Made by a program: the position numbers and the translations under genes. A stretch of DNA of 64,000 bases, taken from contig CM097885.1 in assembly GCA_044892525.1 (NCBI GenBank), positions 49,292,001-49,356,000 on the forward strand, given 5' to 3'. The DNA is from Schmidtea polychroa (lineage: Eukaryota). Within the stretch, counting starts at the first letter, position 1. Every line of letters begins with the position of its first letter. Below the pieces are notes generated by a model. It made no database searches and had not been told where the DNA came from. It was given only the letters and a program-made list of their open reading frames with translations. Positions 40,343 through 54,287 of the stretch are shown one piece after another.

Positions 40343-43300
40343 ATGATAGCACCGACATGTGGTGACAGCCAAACTTTCACGGTGCATAGCAATGGCCTTA
40401 ATTTTCTTGTTGATTCAGGTTCAATAATTTCATTATTACCGAATTACCTATACAAAAACACAAAAACCGAAACCGCAAATTTGTGCGCAGCAAACGGCAG
40501 CCCAATTAAAACGTTCGGAAAGCAAAACATTAACATCACCATCAACAACACACAATACAATTGGCAATTCACTATCGCTGAAGTCAAACAAGCTATTTTA
40601 GGAGCAGATTTCCTTTCAAACTTCAATCTACTAGTCGACTGTAAGAATGGAAAAGTCATACCAAACAATTCAAATAACATACACCACAAAAATAAACAGT
40701 CTAAAAAACAAATCAATTGTGACATCGGAGTAATAACAGCCCAAAACGGTGAAGCAAAAACAAATAAAACAGAAACAAACTGGCACATACCTAACGAAAT
40801 CGCAAAACTGATACGAAATGCAGCAAATATAACTAATAAATTAGAGACAAACAACAACACAAAATGCATAACCGAACACATAATAATTAGCAACGGAAAC
40901 CCAGTCCATGCAAAAGTCAGACAGTTAGACAAAAATAAACTCGAAATAACTAAGAAAATATTCGACGAACTACTAGAAAACCAAATCGTCAAACACTCAA
41001 ACTCAAACTGGTCATCAGCCCTCATGCTTAAAGAAAAGGCAAACGGCGAATGGCGAGCCTGTGGAGACTACAGAGCATTAAACAATATCACAACAGCCGA
41101 CAAATACCCAATCCCAATAATAAACGATATCATCAACAGATTTAACAAACCCAAAATTTTCAGCAAAATAGACTTAGAAAAAGCCTATCATCAAATTCCT
41201 GTCAGAACTGAAGACATAAAGAAAACAGCAATCATCACACCCATAGAACTTTTCGAGTATAACAAAATGCCTTTTGGATTAAAAAATGCTGCAGCCACTT
41301 TCCAACGCTTCATGGACGTAATATTACGAAATCAACAGAACACAGTAGCATACCTAGACGACATCCTGATAGCATCAGCAAACAAAACAGAACATATACA
41401 AAATATTAAAAATGTGTTCGAAATATTAAGCAAACATGAGCTAAAAATCAACATAAAAAAATGCGAATTTTTGAAAACAGAAATAAAATTTCTGGGACAC
41501 ATGTTAAACGAAAATGGAACAAGGCCTTTAGACGACAAAATCAAAGCAATCAAAAATTACCCTCTACCCAAAACTACAAAAGAGCTAAGACGTTTCCTTG
41601 GCATGATCAATTTCTATCACAAATACATACCAAGATGTAGTGAAATGCTAGCCCCTCTCAACGAACTGAACAAAATAAAGAGAAACATCAAAATAAATTG
41701 GAACGAAAAACTAATAACAGCGTTCGAACAGGCAAAGGAAAATCTGAAAAATGCAAGCATCCTAAACTATCCCAACCAAGAATTACCATACATAGTCAAC
41801 ACAGATTGTTCGGGAGTAGCAATGGGCAGAACGATATTCCAAGAAGAAAATAACGAAAAAAGACCAATAGCTTTCTTCTCAAAAAAACTCAAAACTCACC
41901 AAATGAGATACTCCACTTTTGACAGGGAGTTATTAGCGTTACATGATACAATCAGACATTTCCAATACCTATTGGAAGGAAAAGATTTCGAAGTGTATAC
42001 CGACCATAAACCCTTAATAAACGCAATGAACATGAAAAATCCTTCACCGAGACAAATAAGACAATTAAACTATATCTCACAATTTAATTGCAAAATAAAA
42101 TACATAGCAGGTTCAGCTAACATAAGTGCAGATGCATTATCAAGAATAGAAACTGACATAAATGCACTTAACATAACACCCATCATAGAGTTAGAAAAGT
42201 TAAAAACTAAACAAAAAGAAACAACAATCGAAACTCCAAGGTTGAATTCACTCCATTTGGAAGAAATAGACGGCATATGGTACGACACTTCAAACGACAA
42301 AAACAAAAGGATTATAGTACCAGCAGAACTGCGCGATCAATACCTCCAAAAATATCACAACATCTACCATCCGGGAAACAAAGCCACATACGAACTTCTG
42401 CATACCAAAGTTGTTTGGCCTTATATGAGAAGGGACGTAAAAACGTTCGTAAAAAATTGCCCACAGTGTCAAAAGAATAAAATAACAACAAAACAATTCA
42501 AAACAACAATTGTACAATTCCCAAGTTCTGAACCGTTCGAAACGATACATATCGACATAGTCGGCCCTCTACCTCCAAATAATAAACACAAGTACTTATT
42601 AACTATAATAGACCGAAAAACAAATTGGTTCGAAGCCATTCCCATAAAGGAAATATCAGCAGCAAAAATATGCAGTAAATTAGAATTAAACTGGTTCGCC
42701 CGGTATGGCTGCCCAAAGACAATAATCAGCGATCAGGGTAGGCAATTTGAATCCGACCTTTTCAAAGGACTTTGCAACAAATATAACATCAACAAAACCA
42801 GAACAACAGCATACAATCCACAATCAAACGGAAAAGTTGAGAGATTACACCGATCATTAAAACAAGCAATCAGAACAAAAACAAATAATAACAACAACTG
42901 GTTAGAAAAATTACCAGAAATACTAATAGGATTACGAAACAACCCTTCAAGCCTAAACAACAAAAGCCCTAGCCAATCAGTTTTTGGACACAATACAAAC
43001 CTACCAAACTTAAAGGACGAAAACGAAAACAAGATAAAAACAACCGCTAAAGAAGGACAAATACCCATACTAAAAAGTATTCTAAAAAACAAAAATAATA
43101 ATAAAACCCAAAACCAAACAGAACTAATAATAAACATGGTTTTAGTAAAGAAACCCTTCACTAGCGGATTCGAAACAAAGTACGAAGGCCCATACAAACT
43201 GTTAAATATGCATAAAAACGTTGGCACAATTTTAAAAGACAATAAACAAATCAAAATAAACATACGCAGATTAAAACCATATCACGAAAACAAAACAACC

Positions 43301-43489
43301 ACTCTTAACAATCACCATAAACTAAACCCTCAAAACAACCACCCAAAGTACAAAACTCAAGAACGAACAGAAATACAGACAAACCAGAAACACATCAGAT
43401 TCAGCGAAAAAGACTTAACAAAAATTTTCGACAATAACACAACAATCACACCAGAATACAAAAAGCGTTATAGCGATTGCCTCAAATAA
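40343..43489 (+). CDS. pol: Ty3/Gypsy pol (PR-RT-RH-IN), 1048 aa; gag and 5' LTR missing
   Basis: FLVDSGS, DYRALN, KIDLEKAYHQ, YLDD, FDRELLA, HHCC, HIDIVGP, SDQG, VERLH, GPY. Some conserved residues are altered (TDCS..GR, TPIEL). Confidence 0.93.
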   Translation: MIAPTCGDSQTFTVHSNGLNFLVDSGSIISLLPNYLYKNTKTETANLCAANGSPIKTFGKQNINITINNTQYNWQFTIAEVKQAILGADFLSNFNLLVDCKNGKVIPNNSNNIHHKNKQSKKQINCDIGVITAQNGEAKTNKTETNWHIPNEIAKLIRNAANITNKLETNNNTKCITEHIIISNGNPVHAKVRQLDKNKLEITKKIFDELLENQIVKHSNSNWSSALMLKEKANGEWRACGDYRALNNITTADKYPIPIINDIINRFNKPKIFSKIDLEKAYHQIPVRTEDIKKTAIITPIELFEYNKMPFGLKNAAATFQRFMDVILRNQQNTVAYLDDILIASANKTEHIQNIKNVFEILSKHELKINIKKCEFLKTEIKFLGHMLNENGTRPLDDKIKAIKNYPLPKTTKELRRFLGMINFYHKYIPRCSEMLAPLNELNKIKRNIKINWNEKLITAFEQAKENLKNASILNYPNQELPYIVNTDCSGVAMGRTIFQEENNEKRPIAFFSKKLKTHQMRYSTFDRELLALHDTIRHFQYLLEGKDFEVYTDHKPLINAMNMKNPSPRQIRQLNYISQFNCKIKYIAGSANISADALSRIETDINALNITPIIELEKLKTKQKETTIETPRLNSLHLEEIDGIWYDTSNDKNKRIIVPAELRDQYLQKYHNIYHPGNKATYELLHTKVVWPYMRRDVKTFVKNCPQCQKNKITTKQFKTTIVQFPSSEPFETIHIDIVGPLPPNNKHKYLLTIIDRKTNWFEAIPIKEISAAKICSKLELNWFARYGCPKTIISDQGRQFESDLFKGLCNKYNINKTRTTAYNPQSNGKVERLHRSLKQAIRTKTNNNNNWLEKLPEILIGLRNNPSSLNNKSPSQSVFGHNTNLPNLKDENENKIKTTAKEGQIPILKSILKNKNNNKTQNQTELIINMVLVKKPFTSGFETKYEGPYKLLNMHKNVGTILKDNKQIKINIRRLKPYHENKTTTLNNHHKLNPQNNHPKYKTQERTEIQTNQKHIRFSEKDLTKIFDNNTTITPEYKKRYSDCLK

Positions 43490-43651
43490 ACAACACATGC
43501 ACCCACAAGATTTAGTTGTACAATTTTTATAATGTGCTAGTTGTAAAACACAAAACATAAACACAACTAAATCGTCACAAAACACAACAACATATGCTTT
43601 ATTTTATCTCTGTAAATATGTAAAGCTGTTTAAAGGTTAACCTCCGGTTCT

Positions 43652-44327
43652 AAAGGGGGAAGTTCTGTAATGTATTTTAATTCTCTATTTTTTTTTGGTT
43701 TTGTTAAGGGTATGAATGTAATTATCAATTCTGCACGTTGTACGTGGGGAAGGTTTTTATTTTATTTAAAAAAGAAATTAAACTATATAGTGATAATTTA
43801 CCATAGTAAATTATCACTATAGAAAAAAATTACAAATTAAAAAAATCAATAAGAAAATTTTAAAAACAATAAATCTCCAGAAAATTAAATCAAATTGAAC
43901 AACGAAGAATTAGTTTTATCTCCGCTATAGTAAATTGAAGAATTAGAAGATATTTTTTCCCCGTACTCCTTGAACAATCGAAAAGAAAACTAAACAGAAA
44001 TAAAGACTCCAAGAAAAAAAAGAAAAGGACAAATACACAACCGATAAATTTGGATCAAGTGACAATTGATATACTTTTCTACCAAAATCCTGTTCAGTTC
44101 AAGTTTTACAGCAATATCCATTACCTATTCTTGTATTCCCTAAACAACCGAAAAGAAAACTAAATAGAAATATAGACTCAAAAAAAGAACGAATACCCAA
44201 CTATTAAATTCGAGTCAAGAGATCTTTGATATACTTTGCTATCCCCACTCAAGGTTTTTAATTTGGCTAAATAAAAGTGTTAGATTAATATATTGTTTAT
44301 ATTATTTTTATTTTATTTATTGTTACA
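43652..44327 (+). repeat. PPT (43652-43662) and 3' LTR (43666-44327) of the second Gypsy element
   Basis: AAAGGGGGAAG followed by TGTAA...TTACA termini; AATAAA at ~44270. Confidence 0.7.
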
Positions 44328-44464
44328 CAACACGCACCCCGATAGTCCCAACACAAATTTTTTTACTTGTGACTCTATCGGGTCCTTCAAATTTCTAATA
44401 TAACATAATACATTAATATAATAACACAGAAAATAACTTAACAATATCTTTAGAAATAATAATC

Positions 44465-44812
44465 GTAATAACAAGATATATGGCTCATTCGAAAGGTCTT
44501 GGATTGAGCTTTAAAATGGGTTATCGATGAATAATTTTCGTTGGCAAGAACCTTGAAAAAATAATAATAAAATAATAATATTTTTTAAAAAATAATAATA
44601 ATATTTTTTAAAAATAATAATATGACCTTGATGAGTCATCGCGATGACTCATATGACCTTGGGAATGACCTTGGATGAGTCATGCGACCTTGAAAATGAC
44701 CCTGACGAGTCATAGGATGACTCAGATGACCATAATTTTTTTACCTTGATGAGTCATAGTATGAGTCATATGACCTTGAAAGTGACCTTGATGAGTCATA
44801 TTACCTTGAAAA
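44465..44812 (+). repeat. Second, diverged copy of the Polinton right-subterminal region
   Basis: ACAAGATATAT.GCTCATTCGAAAGGT.TTGGATTGAGCTTTAAAATG followed by the ATGACCTTG/GATGAGTCAT array, as at 39006-39545. Confidence 0.85.
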
Positions 44813-44891
44813 TGTTCATCAAAATTTAAACTATCATCATTATTACATACTAAATCATCCATTCGCCACAGCAACACACCAACCACTATAC

Positions 44892-47277
44892 CAGGGGTCG
44901 GCAACCTGTGACCCGTGGGTCACCGAGTGACCTATTTGATAATTTCAAGTGACCCACTTTAGTTCCGACAATAAAGTATAAGATATACAAACATTTTTTT
45001 CTTTTTCCCAAAATTTTTGTCGCAAAGTTATGAACGTACCAAATTTGAATCCAGTATAACATATAAAAATATCACTTAAAGCACCACCCCCGTCTGACTG
45101 GATATAGAATCGGCCGATAGTATGCGGAATGCAGCAACATGTCCGAACAAATTGTACCATTCCTGTACATGCGCGTCGTTATCTCAGTTGTATGTCAGTT
45201 ATAGTTATAGCACGTGTAGTACAGTATTATTTAAAAAATTACCATGAACAAACAAAAAGCAAAAAACAGATTATTTCAAGATGTGTGGACAGAAAAGAAT
45301 GGGTATATCGAAAATGGTGACAAATTGATATGTACTTTATGTACAGATATAATTACCGTCAGGACTTATAATATTGAGCGACACTTTTCTTCAAAACATA
45401 AAGATGTGAGTGAAATGTAAAATGAAGATAAATCTGAATACATTGCTAAGCGTGTATTAAATTTTGGAAAACAAAATAAATTCTTAAAGAGTTTTGTTAC
45501 CAGCAACAATCACGCTACGTCTGCCAGCTTTGTTGCAGCTCTTAGCATTGGTACCATCGGAAAACTATTTATATACGGGGAGATTTTGAAAAGCGCATTC
45601 ATAAATTGTTCTGAATACTTATTTAATGACTTCGCAAATAAAAAACAAATAATTTAGAGAATCAAAGAAATCCCATTATCAGCTAGAACAGTCCTGTGTT
45701 GCGTTGAAGATATGGCCAAGAATATTGATGAACAGGTCAAAAATGATTTTTTATCTTGTGACATAATTAGCATTGAAGTTGACGAAAGTACCGACATAAA
45801 TAGTATTGGTAGGCTTGCAATAATTATTAGATTTGCATCAATAAATTACTCGAATGTAAATGAAAAACTATGCGTTCTTGCTTCAATGAATGACACCACC
45901 AAAGGTACTGATATTTTTCGTCAAGAACAAGAGTTTACAAATTTCAAAAATGGGCAAGTATTGGATTTAAAGAGTAAATTGTTTCCATAGCAACTGACGC
46001 AGCTCATAGTATGAGAGGAAAAACTGTTGGATTTGTTAAACTAATGGAAAATGAACTTAGCCGTTCATTTTTATCGTTTCATTGTATCATACATGAAGAA
46101 AAGTTATTTGCAAAGGCATCTACACAACAACTTAAGGATGTAATGGAAAAAGTTGTTAAGATCGTAAACATGATAATAGAGCGATCAGCATTAATACACA
46201 GGCGCTTTAAAGCTTTTTTGGAGGAAATTGAATCGAAATATGGAGATTTGTTATTACATTCTGAAATACGATGGTTGAGTGTTTACAGATAAAGATTTGT
46301 AGAGTGTTTTGATGATTTACAAATATTTCTTCATGAAATCAGTGAAAATGATCTCGAGGTCAATGATAAACAATGGTTTTTAAGACTTTTGTTCTTAACA
46401 GACATAATGAACCATTATAATGCTTTCAACGTACGACTGCACAATTTTGAAAATTTATGAAAAATGGAAGAGTTTTACTTCAAAATTGATATTATTTGAA
46501 ACTGACATAAAAACTAAAAAATTTCGTTTCTTTCCCTTGTTAAAAAGGGAACATGTAAAAGAAAATATCGATGAACGCAATCTAGATATGTTCGAAAGTT
46601 GGATTTCGGTCATTAAAAGTGAATATGAAAGATGGTTTCAAAGTCTTAAGAAACATGGAGAAATGTTTACATTTATAATAAAGCCCGATGAGTTAGAAGA
46701 AAATATTATAAATTTGCAGTATGTTGAATATCTAGGAATTGACATTTTTAGTTTGGAAATGATTGATTTTAAAAGTTCAACATTATGGACGGATAAATTG
46801 AAGAAATTGCGGAACGATTTGGAAAATACAGAAGATAATCATTTTCTCATGATATCAACATGTTGGGCATCACTTGCTACGAGGTTTTTATCATTAAAAA
46901 AAATTGGCTTTGCCATTTTGTTCACACTCGGGTCCACTTATAAATGTGAGCAAATATTTTCACAAATGAAATTTATTTTAGGCAAAAACAGGAGCAGGCT
47001 AACTATTGAAAATTCAGATGTTTGTGTTCGACTTAAAACGACTAACTATAAACCAGATTTGACTAAATTGACGTCGCAAGTTCAACATCGGGGGAGCCTT
47101 TGATATTGTAGAGGAAGTTTATAAATAAAGTTTATTCAACTATGTTTGTAATTATTTTCTTAATAAAATATATCTTATTATTTACTAAAATGCTGTTTTA
47201 ATACGAAAATATAGTCTCTTTAATACTCGCAGTTAGGTTAATTTTGACCCGCGGCCATAAAAGGTTGCCAACCCCTG
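44892..47277 (+). mobile_element. hAT DNA transposon (Charlie/Buster/SPIN-like), full length, inactive
   Basis: 16-bp TIRs CAGGGGTYGGCAACCT (44892-44907 / 47262-47277); perfect 8-bp TSD CACTATAC (44884-44891 / 47278-47285). Confidence 0.95.
45244..47103 (+). pseudogene. Disrupted hAT transposase
   Basis: VDESTD, FHCIIHEE, RWLS and STYKCEQIFSQMK...RSRLT spread over several frames with stops. Confidence 0.9.
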
Positions 47278-48474
47278 CACTATACACATTTGAATTTAAT
47301 GAGTAATCACTATCATTATTTAAATATTTGAATTTTTTATCATTCACAGCAAACAAACAATCATCAATCATTTCATTCATACATTCCTTATGTAATAATA
47401 CATTACTTATATTTACTGTAGTACTCCGATCATCACCTGTTGTGAAGCATATCTTTTTGAGCCTTGACTTTCATTTTTATCATCGACTTGATGAATGGCT
47501 GCCACTTGTTCCCGATATTTGCGTTCTTTGATTGATAGAAGTTCGAAGCATTGATGAGGAAAATGTACTGATTTATAGCAATGATTACATTTAACATTTA
47601 GACACTTTGATCTCTTATGCCCGTCCTCGTGTCAAGCCCAACATTTTTAAACTCGCCTATTATTTTCCTGAAATCGAATATAATGAAATCTTGTTTGAAA
47701 TCATTCATAAGAATGACGAGATCTTGAGTTTGTTTCTGACTTCTCTTTTAATTGGTACGTTTGATACGTTTTAGTTTTATGTTTTAATTTAGGTTGATTT
47801 AGTGCAAAAATTATTTAGAGATTTTTCATTGAAAAAAAAATTTTTAAACTTTCTAAATTTAAAAATAAATTTGAATGTTTTATGGGGAAAAAATTTCTTT
47901 AAAGGCTTTTTAACGAGAAAAAATATTTAGACTTTTCTAGTAATAAAAAAAGTATATTTTTTCAAATTTTCAAATTTTTTTAAACATTTAGAATATTTTT
48001 TCCAAGCCAATTATCCTTGAAGTAATAAATTCGAGTGAATTTTATCGAGAAATAATACTTAGGGATTTTCCATTAAATTTCCATTTCTTTTCAAGCCATA
48101 TATCCAACGGGGCATAGTCCTCATGATCCTCTACTAACATGCACTATCGTCGGCTACAACCAAGCAATTAGGGAAAAAAAGGTTGTGCCGAAAATTCGCG
48201 AATATATAAAACACACATCGATATCTTTACTGATTGATAGTCAATTTTTTTTATAAATACATTGCCAATTGAAAAGAAATCAGAGGTGAAAATCGAAAGA
48301 AAGAAATAAAATAAAATTATTATAATAATTATAATAATAATTATTATTATAATAATTATTGTTATGATTTATACTATATTTGATTAGATATATAAGTGTG
48401 TGCATTATGCTAATATAAATATAAAATTTACACTTCAAATTTGATTTTTTCGTGAATTTTCACTTATTTTAGGA

Positions 48475-49386
48475 ATGACAATTGGGAAAACAATATTTTA
48501 TATATTTTTTGGATTTATTGTTTTTATTGGAATCATCTTAAATTTAATAATATTTGTTTGTCTAAAGATGAAACCCTTGCCATCTCGATATACAAACGTT
48601 GTTCTTCAAAATCAAGCTTTTATTGACTGTTTAGTTTGTTTTATTACATTTTTGTTTATCGTTCTTCCCGATCAGATTATTACTAAAAATATAATTTTTG
48701 ATCTAATTTTCTGTCATGTTTGGAATGGTCAAGCAATATATTGGTGGATGGTATTATCGGGAGTTTTTAATCTCATTTTCACAGCATTCGATCGGTATTG
48801 GGCCATTGTAACACCATTAAGTTATGGGAAAAATCTGAAAAACAAAATTGCATTGACATTTGTGATCATTTACTTGGGAAGTGGAATTATTACTATTCCG
48901 GTAATTTTTCAAACATCACTCAAAAATGATTCGTGTATATCACAACATGCTTTTGATGAGGATGGCGTTAAAGAATTTTATAAGGGGTTTTCAATAACCT
49001 GGTTCATGGCCATTTATGGGATTCCAGCAACAATGATGATTTATTTGTATTCAAGAATTGTAATCAATCTTAACAGAAATCTTAACACAAAGAGACAATA
49101 TTCATTTAAAACTATTACTAAAGCTGCTATAATTATAACTATAGTCTTTCTATTGACGATAGCATATGATACTGTTTACTGTATGCTAGGATATTTCAAT
49201 GTACTCTCCTATGAACTCGGGTCACCCCTTCAGCTTCTCGGTGTTTTCCTAACATCTTTAAACAGTTGCGTCAACCCAATTATTTTGTTTATAATTGTGC
49301 TTAACATTCGTGTTCGATGTTGGAGATTATTGGGAATTATCTTTCACAAATATCCTACAACTTCCGAATCAAGTGGATCATATTGA
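48475..49386 (+). CDS. Rhodopsin-class (class A) GPCR, 303 aa, host gene
   Basis: Seven hydrophobic segments; GIILN (TM1), NQAFID (TM2), FDRYWAIV (DRY), NSCVNPII (TM7). Confidence 0.9.
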   Translation: MTIGKTIFYIFFGFIVFIGIILNLIIFVCLKMKPLPSRYTNVVLQNQAFIDCLVCFITFLFIVLPDQIITKNIIFDLIFCHVWNGQAIYWWMVLSGVFNLIFTAFDRYWAIVTPLSYGKNLKNKIALTFVIIYLGSGIITIPVIFQTSLKNDSCISQHAFDEDGVKEFYKGFSITWFMAIYGIPATMMIYLYSRIVINLNRNLNTKRQYSFKTITKAAIIITIVFLLTIAYDTVYCMLGYFNVLSYELGSPLQLLGVFLTSLNSCVNPIILFIIVLNIRVRCWRLLGIIFHKYPTTSESSGSY

Positions 49387-49821
49387 TGATTTTACTTGAA
49401 TTTATTTTATAATGATTTAATAATGATTTGAGAAAATAAATAGAAAAACTATTAAAATTAATTTTAATAATATCACAATAAATAATAAAACCAAATTTTT
49501 GTTTATAATGATGAAAAATAATTTGTTTATAAAATCATTTAAAACTTATTATCAGATTATAATTAATAATTTCAAATTTTTTAAAAAAAATGTAATTATT
49601 TTTATAAACAAAACATTTATTTATTCTATTTAAGATCAAAGGTTAAAATTATTTTTAATTATGTTTCGCTGACGAAAAATATTTGAAATCTTTTATTAAA
49701 AATCATTTTAAGTGTTATTTAGAACAGAATGAGCAATATTTTAAACAGAATTGCTAAATAATAAATTTCTGAAATCTAAAAGTGGAGCAATAAATTTCGT
49801 GGTATGTTATAATATTTGAAT

Positions 49822-50439
49822 CAGGAGCGGATCGACTTAATAGGTGATCGGACGTTGCTCGATGGGCCGATATCGCTCTTTGGGCCAATATGACACCACC
49901 CATTCACTAGGTTTTTTCTCATTATCCACATTAAAACAATTTAATACCGAATACTGAATTATGTTTATAATCGTTGTACGCCTGATCTATGATTTACATT
50001 CGTAATGTGGCCTCTGTGATTTGGCACGAGCCACAGAGGGTCGAACCGTGTCGAACACAATGGCTGCGTGCGCTTCCCACGCAACAATTACTAGTTCGTA
50101 CTGAGTTTCGCTACCATTTGATATTGTGCGTGAGAAGTAGTATTATTGAAATAAGTAAAACCTATTTTGACCTTATTGGTTTTATTTATGGTTTAGACCT
50201 CTATTCATTGGTGTTCCAATCAAACTTTCGATATTTACACATCGTTTCTGTTAATGTAATTTTTCCGTCGGTAGTCATAAGAAGTAATGTCACAAGACAA
50301 AAATTAAAACTAAATTGTCGTTTCGACCAGTTGAAATACCACTAACGGCACTTTTAACATATTCCTATTAAATGACTACCAAGCCATGTCCAAATCATCC
50401 TAATCTCCTGGGTCGATTCGATCCCTCGATCCACCCCTA
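49822..50439. mobile_element. Possible non-autonomous DNA transposon (MITE)
   Basis: AGGAGCGGATCGA / TCGATCCACCCCT imperfect TIR (11/13); GC-richer than flanks; no clear TSD. Confidence 0.4.
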
Positions 50440-51899
50440 ATTTGAAATATTTGTTTTTTGAATAAAACAGTTACATCAAAACAGGTAAACTACGGTTAAA
50501 GATAGATATAGTGTTAAAGATATAATTAATTTATGTAGAGAAAAAATAGGTATGTATAATATGTATTTAGACATTTGGAAAGTGGTTTTTGATTAACGGA
50601 AATTATTGAAAATAAAGCAGAAAACATCGAAAAGCGTAATTTTTAATTGAAATATTAAATTTAACCCTTTCCAGTCCAGTGATTCCCAATTAAATCATTA
50701 ATTCAAAATCAATATTTTGTCTTTCAAATATTAAAAATGTTGGCAGCAACTAATGTAAATTTAAGCTAGATGCATTTTTAACAAATGGCAATGTTGTATA
50801 CGCATAAAAGTTGTATTAGATGACAGAAAAACAATTGTATTTATCAGGGTGCTGTCCCATAACATATACTGTGTACACGTGAAATAAAAACGTTTGAGCT
50901 TGGAAGGATTAAGGATTTTTCAAGCGTTTTATCATATTCCAAATTTTAGGAGTTGAATAGGAGTAAAGTATATCAAAGGGAAGCAATGTAAATTATAATA
51001 TATTTAATAAAATGTCAATTTAAAACATTTTTAGAAATTTCGAAGATGTCGATAGATCGCCAAGAATTATTAAAAATTGAAGAAATACATTGAAAAACTT
51101 AATTTATAATTGAAATATTAAATATGAAGTAAAAACTTTTAAATATTGATAGAAAAGATTGCTCGAATATTACATCCATCATATATAACATTTTCTCGAA
51201 ATTATTAGTATACGAAAACATTTTAACACTAGATTTACTGACATTAGAAGACAATTTGACGGGTGTCCGTAAAAACAGATATGTACAACACATTTCCCCT
51301 AAGCGAAAATGGCGACAAAGAAAAGGATAGTGATATATTCGCGTATCACTGTGTCATTAATAATCAACATAAAAAAAATTCGAAAAAATAATATTTCTTT
51401 TGTATATTTAATTTTAAAAATTGAATCCGTCAAATTGACGGGTTCCGTAAATCTAGTGTTAAAAGATTTGTATTCAAATAAAAATGCAATAAATTTAATC
51501 TTTTTGCAAATCAATCACAAATGTCCTAGAATTCATAAAAAAAATTATTAACATTAAGAAATTTGAAATGTTTAAAAACATTTAAAAATTTAAATTTAAT
51601 AAAAATCATAACTTAGATTATCAAATGTCCTTGACACGCATAATTTATGACATCTGGTATAAACTATTGGAAAAATTTAAAATTATTTTTTGTTTTTTAT
51701 ATTTAGAATAAATTTAATTAATACGCTACTTCCATTAATTGTTTTCAGATACCATTTGGATTTTTTATTTGATTTAAATCTATGATTTTATCATACCTTT
51801 TCATATTTTATAAAAACTGTTTCTCTCTAAATAAATTAAATTTTTGTTTTAATGGTGTGATTATTGTGATTTTCTCTCAGTAGAAGTTCAACTGCTTAT

Positions 51900-53230
51900 T
51901 TAAACAAAAAATTCCTTAAATACTTTGCACCTCCGTCCGAGTTCAAGCTTGAACATAATCCTCCAACCAGTTTGGAGATTTCTGAATTCGATCAAACCTC
52001 TTGAATTCGTGCCTCTCAAGGTCATGGATCTGAAGGTGAAATTCCACTCTCGCGCTCGTTTTCACTTTTCTCCAAAGAACTACTGTCTAATATGTTTTCA
52101 TTCACATTCTCCGAGGTTAATCTCATGTCCGATACATGTCAATATATCACATCTACGGTTATTGATGTTTCAGAGTTCACACCTGTCACAAATCCAAGTT
52201 TCCATGGCTTAAAACATCGAGCTCTTCCAGGCTATCTTAAATTTGGATTTCACAGATTGTGCCGTAGATTGGCTTGAAAACTCGAGTGAATATCGTCAAA
52301 CATGTTGTGATCGAAGATTTGCTGGAACGGAATTTATACTAATACCACTCGTCAGTTGGGAATAATACAAAAATACGGGCTTCTCAGTGTCACATCTGAC
52401 CCGTGTCATCGTCCTTTTAACTGCTCGGTGAACTCTCTCCATAATACCATTTCCCAATGGACTGTAGGCATTTTAATAAATTATCTTTACACAAAACAGC
52501 TGGCAAAGCTTTCTAATTCCTTTGGAGTGTGACGTTTTACTGTTGTCCACGAGTATTTAGAAAGGAACTTGAGAATCTGTTTAGTCCCCAATATCGTGAA
52601 TACATCTTCTAACGATATCCTGTTTCTCGAATTTTCTCTATTATATCGAATGTTACATATGCATTCCCAGCCAGAACCAAAGGTAAAATTTCCAAGACTT
52701 CTGTTTCCCCAAACAGTTGCTTGCTTTTTTCTATAAATTTACTCACATTTGCTTCATCATCCCTACAAATCATCGATTTATGCACCCTAATCACCCCGAC
52801 CTTCCCCTGATTCAGAATCCCGAACGCAGACACCTATGTCGTGTGCTTCGTAATGTGAAACAGAGTCAACTTCAGACGACCGAGCTATTAACCGAACCAG
52901 AGTTTGATCTCGGTGACATTTCTTTCGCCGTGGACATCGGCGACGTCTTGTTTAACTTAGACCATATCCCGGTTAACACAGAGGCCAACTCCACCATATT
53001 CTGTCAAATGTCGGCTCTCACAAACAATGACAATCACTGGAATATTTTGATTTACGTTTCTATGTGAATAGTATGTGTAATGTAATATTAATGTTTTAAG
53101 TATAATTTTTTTCACTTATAAATTACACTAATTCAATTCGTGCAACGGCCCCCGATATCCAACAAAAGGATCTATATAGCAATTCTCTATAGTAATAATT
53201 TACTATAGAGAATTGAAAATTTTAAAAATC
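51900..53230 (-). mobile_element. Degenerate LTR-retrotransposon relic (gag-like fragments, PBS-like site, LTR-like sequence)
   Basis: Minus-strand TGGTGGAG PBS-like site at ~52989-52996; broken ORF fragments; palindrome at 53180-53215 resembling the one in the LTR at 43783-43822. Confidence 0.4.
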
Positions 53231-54287
53231 GAAAAAAATTGACAAAAAACTAGAAATGGTAATTTATCAGAATAGAATACCAGAACAGAAACTAAATTAA
53301 ATCAGTATAAGGAATCCCTTTATCTGACCTAGCAGTAAAAGAATATTGCAAAATCATTCAAAACAATTCCGACAAAGAAACTTACCTTCCCCATTATCGT
53401 AGGACGAATTTTAAGAAATATTAGAAAATTATTACAAACCCAATTTGAGAAAGAGACTCGATCTAAAAACGAAAACATTCTATCTAGTGTGAAACGAACA
53501 ATTTAAAAGCGAATACATTCTATACAGGGATATAAAATTCATTTCAAAGATGTCATGTCGCCATTTGGAGAGTATATAACATTCGAATTTCTGTAGGATT
53601 TTAATGTAATTAAAAAAAAAGTTTAGTTTTTAATATGTCTTGTTATTCTACACTGAAGATTGTTTTTAATAAAGCGTTACTTTAACTATAGAAAAATAAT
53701 TTAAATTTGTAACATCTGGAGAATGTATGTCAAAGTTTATTTATTTTGAATGATAATAGAGCAAAATTTCAGTCAAAATTTCTGAATGCTACGCAGGATT
53801 TATAATTTTTACATTAAGGATTTTTCGCAGAATTTTGTTAAAATGTAAATGCTTTGTAATATTTAGGGTAAGTGTATTTTGAAAATTCTCCTGAAAACAT
53901 CATACTGTTCTTTCTTTAAAAAATATACTTTTTATGACTTTTTTTTTTATTATTTTCCCCTAATACTACATCTTAAAATAAAACATTTTTTTAATACTAT
54001 GAGGTAGTTGATAGATGATTGATTCTTAAAGATTTAATTAGAAATTTTGTTAAATTTAAAAAAAATATTTTTATTGAAAAATATTGTAAAAGGAAAATTG
54101 AAATTTGTTTAAATAACAAAAATAAGAAAGACAAGTTTTTGAGTGTAAAATTTATTGAATAAAATTTATGGAATTATTTAGTGATTTGCAAACAGATATT
54201 AATGTTGTAACGGATGAGAATACTAATAAATACAATACAAAAAATCATGCATTTAAAGGTTAAGGCTTTTTCGCAGAACTTTGTTAA

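Noticed and set aside
40444..43263. 193-aa and 176-aa minus-strand ORFs
   Set aside because: Antisense shadows of Gypsy pol.
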